This document shows, one piece after another, positions 62,646 through 64,000 of a stretch of 64,000 bases of DNA. Origin of the DNA: Candidatus Nealsonbacteria bacterium (GTDB taxonomy: Bacteria > Patescibacteriota > Minisyncoccia > Minisyncoccales > RBG-13-36-15). A program made the translations under genes and the position numbers. Below the pieces are notes generated by a model. That model was not told the origin of the DNA. It made no database searches and saw only the letters and a program-made list of their open reading frames with translations. The stretch covers positions 114,860 to 178,859 of the forward strand of contig DRFQ01000001.1 of the NCBI GenBank assembly GCA_011050465.1. The letters run 5' to 3'. The stretch's first letter is position 1. Each line of letters begins with the position of its first letter.

Positions 62646-63977
62646 TTAGGTTTGATAATTTGGATTACCTTGAATATTGATCCACATCGCTTCTACTTTT
62701 TCAGCCTCTCTTATTGCTTTGGGGGTGCCTGTAAGTGTCAAGCCACGAATCATATCGGTGATATCTTGCTCCCTTTGGTTGATAAGATTTCTCAGAGCGT
62801 CTTTTTGCAGTTTGTTTCCTGTGCGGCCTAACTCCTGCACCTTTGCCATGTCCATAGAGTAAAATACTTGAAGATTTTCGTCGGTGTACTTTGGCCCACC
62901 AGGTGTTTGAGTTTCAAAGGCTTGGGGCAGAATGTTTCTCCTGAATTCTCTAGTTTCTTGTCTTTCTATATGCCCACGGATACTTTCTTCTGTAGTCATG
63001 CCGGGAGAAACACCGGGAGCTCCCGCTACTGCCGCAGTCGGCATTTTACCATAAAGCATTCTAGGAGAAACCCCATATTTGATGGCTTCACCGAAATATC
63101 TTTGATCTTTTGCCTCGAGCCGGTCTCTCTTAGCCAGCTCTTCTATGGCCGCTGCCCGCGTTAATCTACCCTCTCGGGTCATAACACCCTTTTCCGCAAT
63201 CCCTCGAATGTTTTCTACACTTTCAGCCCCAAGATTTCTCCCTGCTTTTTTTCTATCTCTTTCTAATTCTGATGCATAAGCCCCAGGCCCTCCCACAAGC
63301 CCACTAAGAGGTGTTCTTTCCAGCCTTTGCCTTATTCTTTGTTCTGTCCTTGCGACAGCCGGAATGCCTCTGGCCGTTGATACTCCCGCAGCTCCTGCTA
63401 TTTTAGGCATCGCTTTTCCCGCCTTTTGAGCTATAGAAATAACTCCGGAGGCTCCCATGGCTGAGGTGCTCAGGGCGGCAAAAAATCCAAGTAAAAGGAA
63501 AGCCAAAGCTATTCCATAAGGCAAAACCTCGTTTAAAATAGCAGCGACAGGATTGGGGTCTCCTACTGCTCCTGTCAGGCCGCCTCTACTGGCTATCCCA
63601 ATCATATGGTCTCCTAACCATAAGAAAAAGGCGGCAAAGACTCCAATGAATGTCCATTGAAGAAATTGACTCCACCATGTTCGGAACCAACCCCTGGTAG
63701 CGGGTAGAACATAAAAGACAAAGGCAATTGGGGACATGATAACCAACAGCCAAATAGCCACCCTTCTCATTATAAAAAGGATGGCAAAGAGAAAGAAAAC
63801 AATAGCAGCAAAGAACATAAATAGCGCAATAACTATAATTTTAATGAAAAAACTTAAAAGCGCAATAGGATTAAAAAAGTTAAACCCTCCCAAGTCGCTG
63901 GCAATCATATTGCTTATATTAGTGAACACGCTACCTATAATTTTTCCTCCGGTTAAGCCCCCCAAAAAAAAGTTCAT
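62646..63977 (-). CDS. VirB6/TrbL-like polytopic membrane protein (may extend beyond the window end)
   Basis: At least 443 aa; five or more TM helices in the N-terminal 190 aa followed by a Gly/Ala-rich then charged extramembrane domain; placement in the type-IV cluster. Confidence 0.55.
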   Translation of the reverse strand: MNFFLGGLTGGKIIGSVFTNISNMIASDLGGFNFFNPIALLSFFIKIIVIALFMFFAAIVFFLFAILFIMRRVAIWLLVIMSPIAFVFYVLPATRGWFRTWWSQFLQWTFIGVFAAFFLWLGDHMIGIASRGGLTGAVGDPNPVAAILNEVLPYGIALAFLLLGFFAALSTSAMGASGVISIAQKAGKAMPKIAGAAGVSTARGIPAVARTEQRIRQRLERTPLSGLVGGPGAYASELERDRKKAGRNLGAESVENIRGIAEKGVMTREGRLTRAAAIEELAKRDRLEAKDQRYFGEAIKYGVSPRMLYGKMPTAAVAGAPGVSPGMTTEESIRGHIERQETREFRRNILPQAFETQTPGGPKYTDENLQVFYSMDMAKVQELGRTGNKLQKDALRNLINQREQDITDMIRGLTLTGTPKAIREAEKVEAMWINIQGNPNYQT

Positions 63978-64000
63978 CAGAATGTTGGCAAAATCTACAA

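Overview
This 64-kb window comes from an AT-rich (about one-third GC), tightly packed, reduced bacterial genome. Its gene content and compositional style resemble Candidate Phyla Radiation (CPR)/Patescibacteria genomes; that placement is an inference from composition and gene content, not a database result. Recognisable genes include the chromosomal origin set (dnaA-dnaN on the minus strand; rpmH-rnpA-yidD-yidC-jag on the plus strand). DNA repair genes are uvrB, ruvA, ruvB, ruvC, mutM, a family-4 uracil-DNA glycosylase, an EndoQ-like PHP nuclease and a 5'-3' exonuclease. An RNA-repair set is present: rtcA, rtcB and an archease domain translationally fused to a Mur-ligase-like enzyme. Also present are ispG/ispH of the MEP pathway, a class-I-beta DAHP synthase, a bacterial Elp3 homologue, tsaE, rpsT, holA, PBP1A, a PilB-like ATPase and tRNA-Arg(CCG). 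Three regions carry accessory or unusual content. (1) 28.5-36 kb holds a signal-transduction island: two single-domain receivers, a PAS histidine kinase, two V4R-like paralogues, and four intact copies plus one remnant of a kinase-less sensor family sharing a C-terminal 'VGRELKM' coiled-coil tail. (2) 51.3-64 kb holds a type-IV-secretion-like locus with a VirB4 ATPase, a VirB6/TrbL-like protein, a PrgI/VirB3-like protein and three very large cysteine-rich secreted proteins. Two of these start with a VirB2-like two-helix pilin module and one ends in an M23 peptidase. The locus is interrupted by a compositionally foreign islet carrying its own consensus promoter. (3) Several families of small GC-rich palindromic repeats are scattered through the genome, including MITE-like elements with CCCCGTAGGAA terminal inverted repeats. 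Members of these families are inserted in frame inside conserved housekeeping genes (rtcA, elp3, uvrB, yebC, ruvC), comparable to Rickettsia palindromic elements (RPEs). No CRISPR array and no rRNA were seen.
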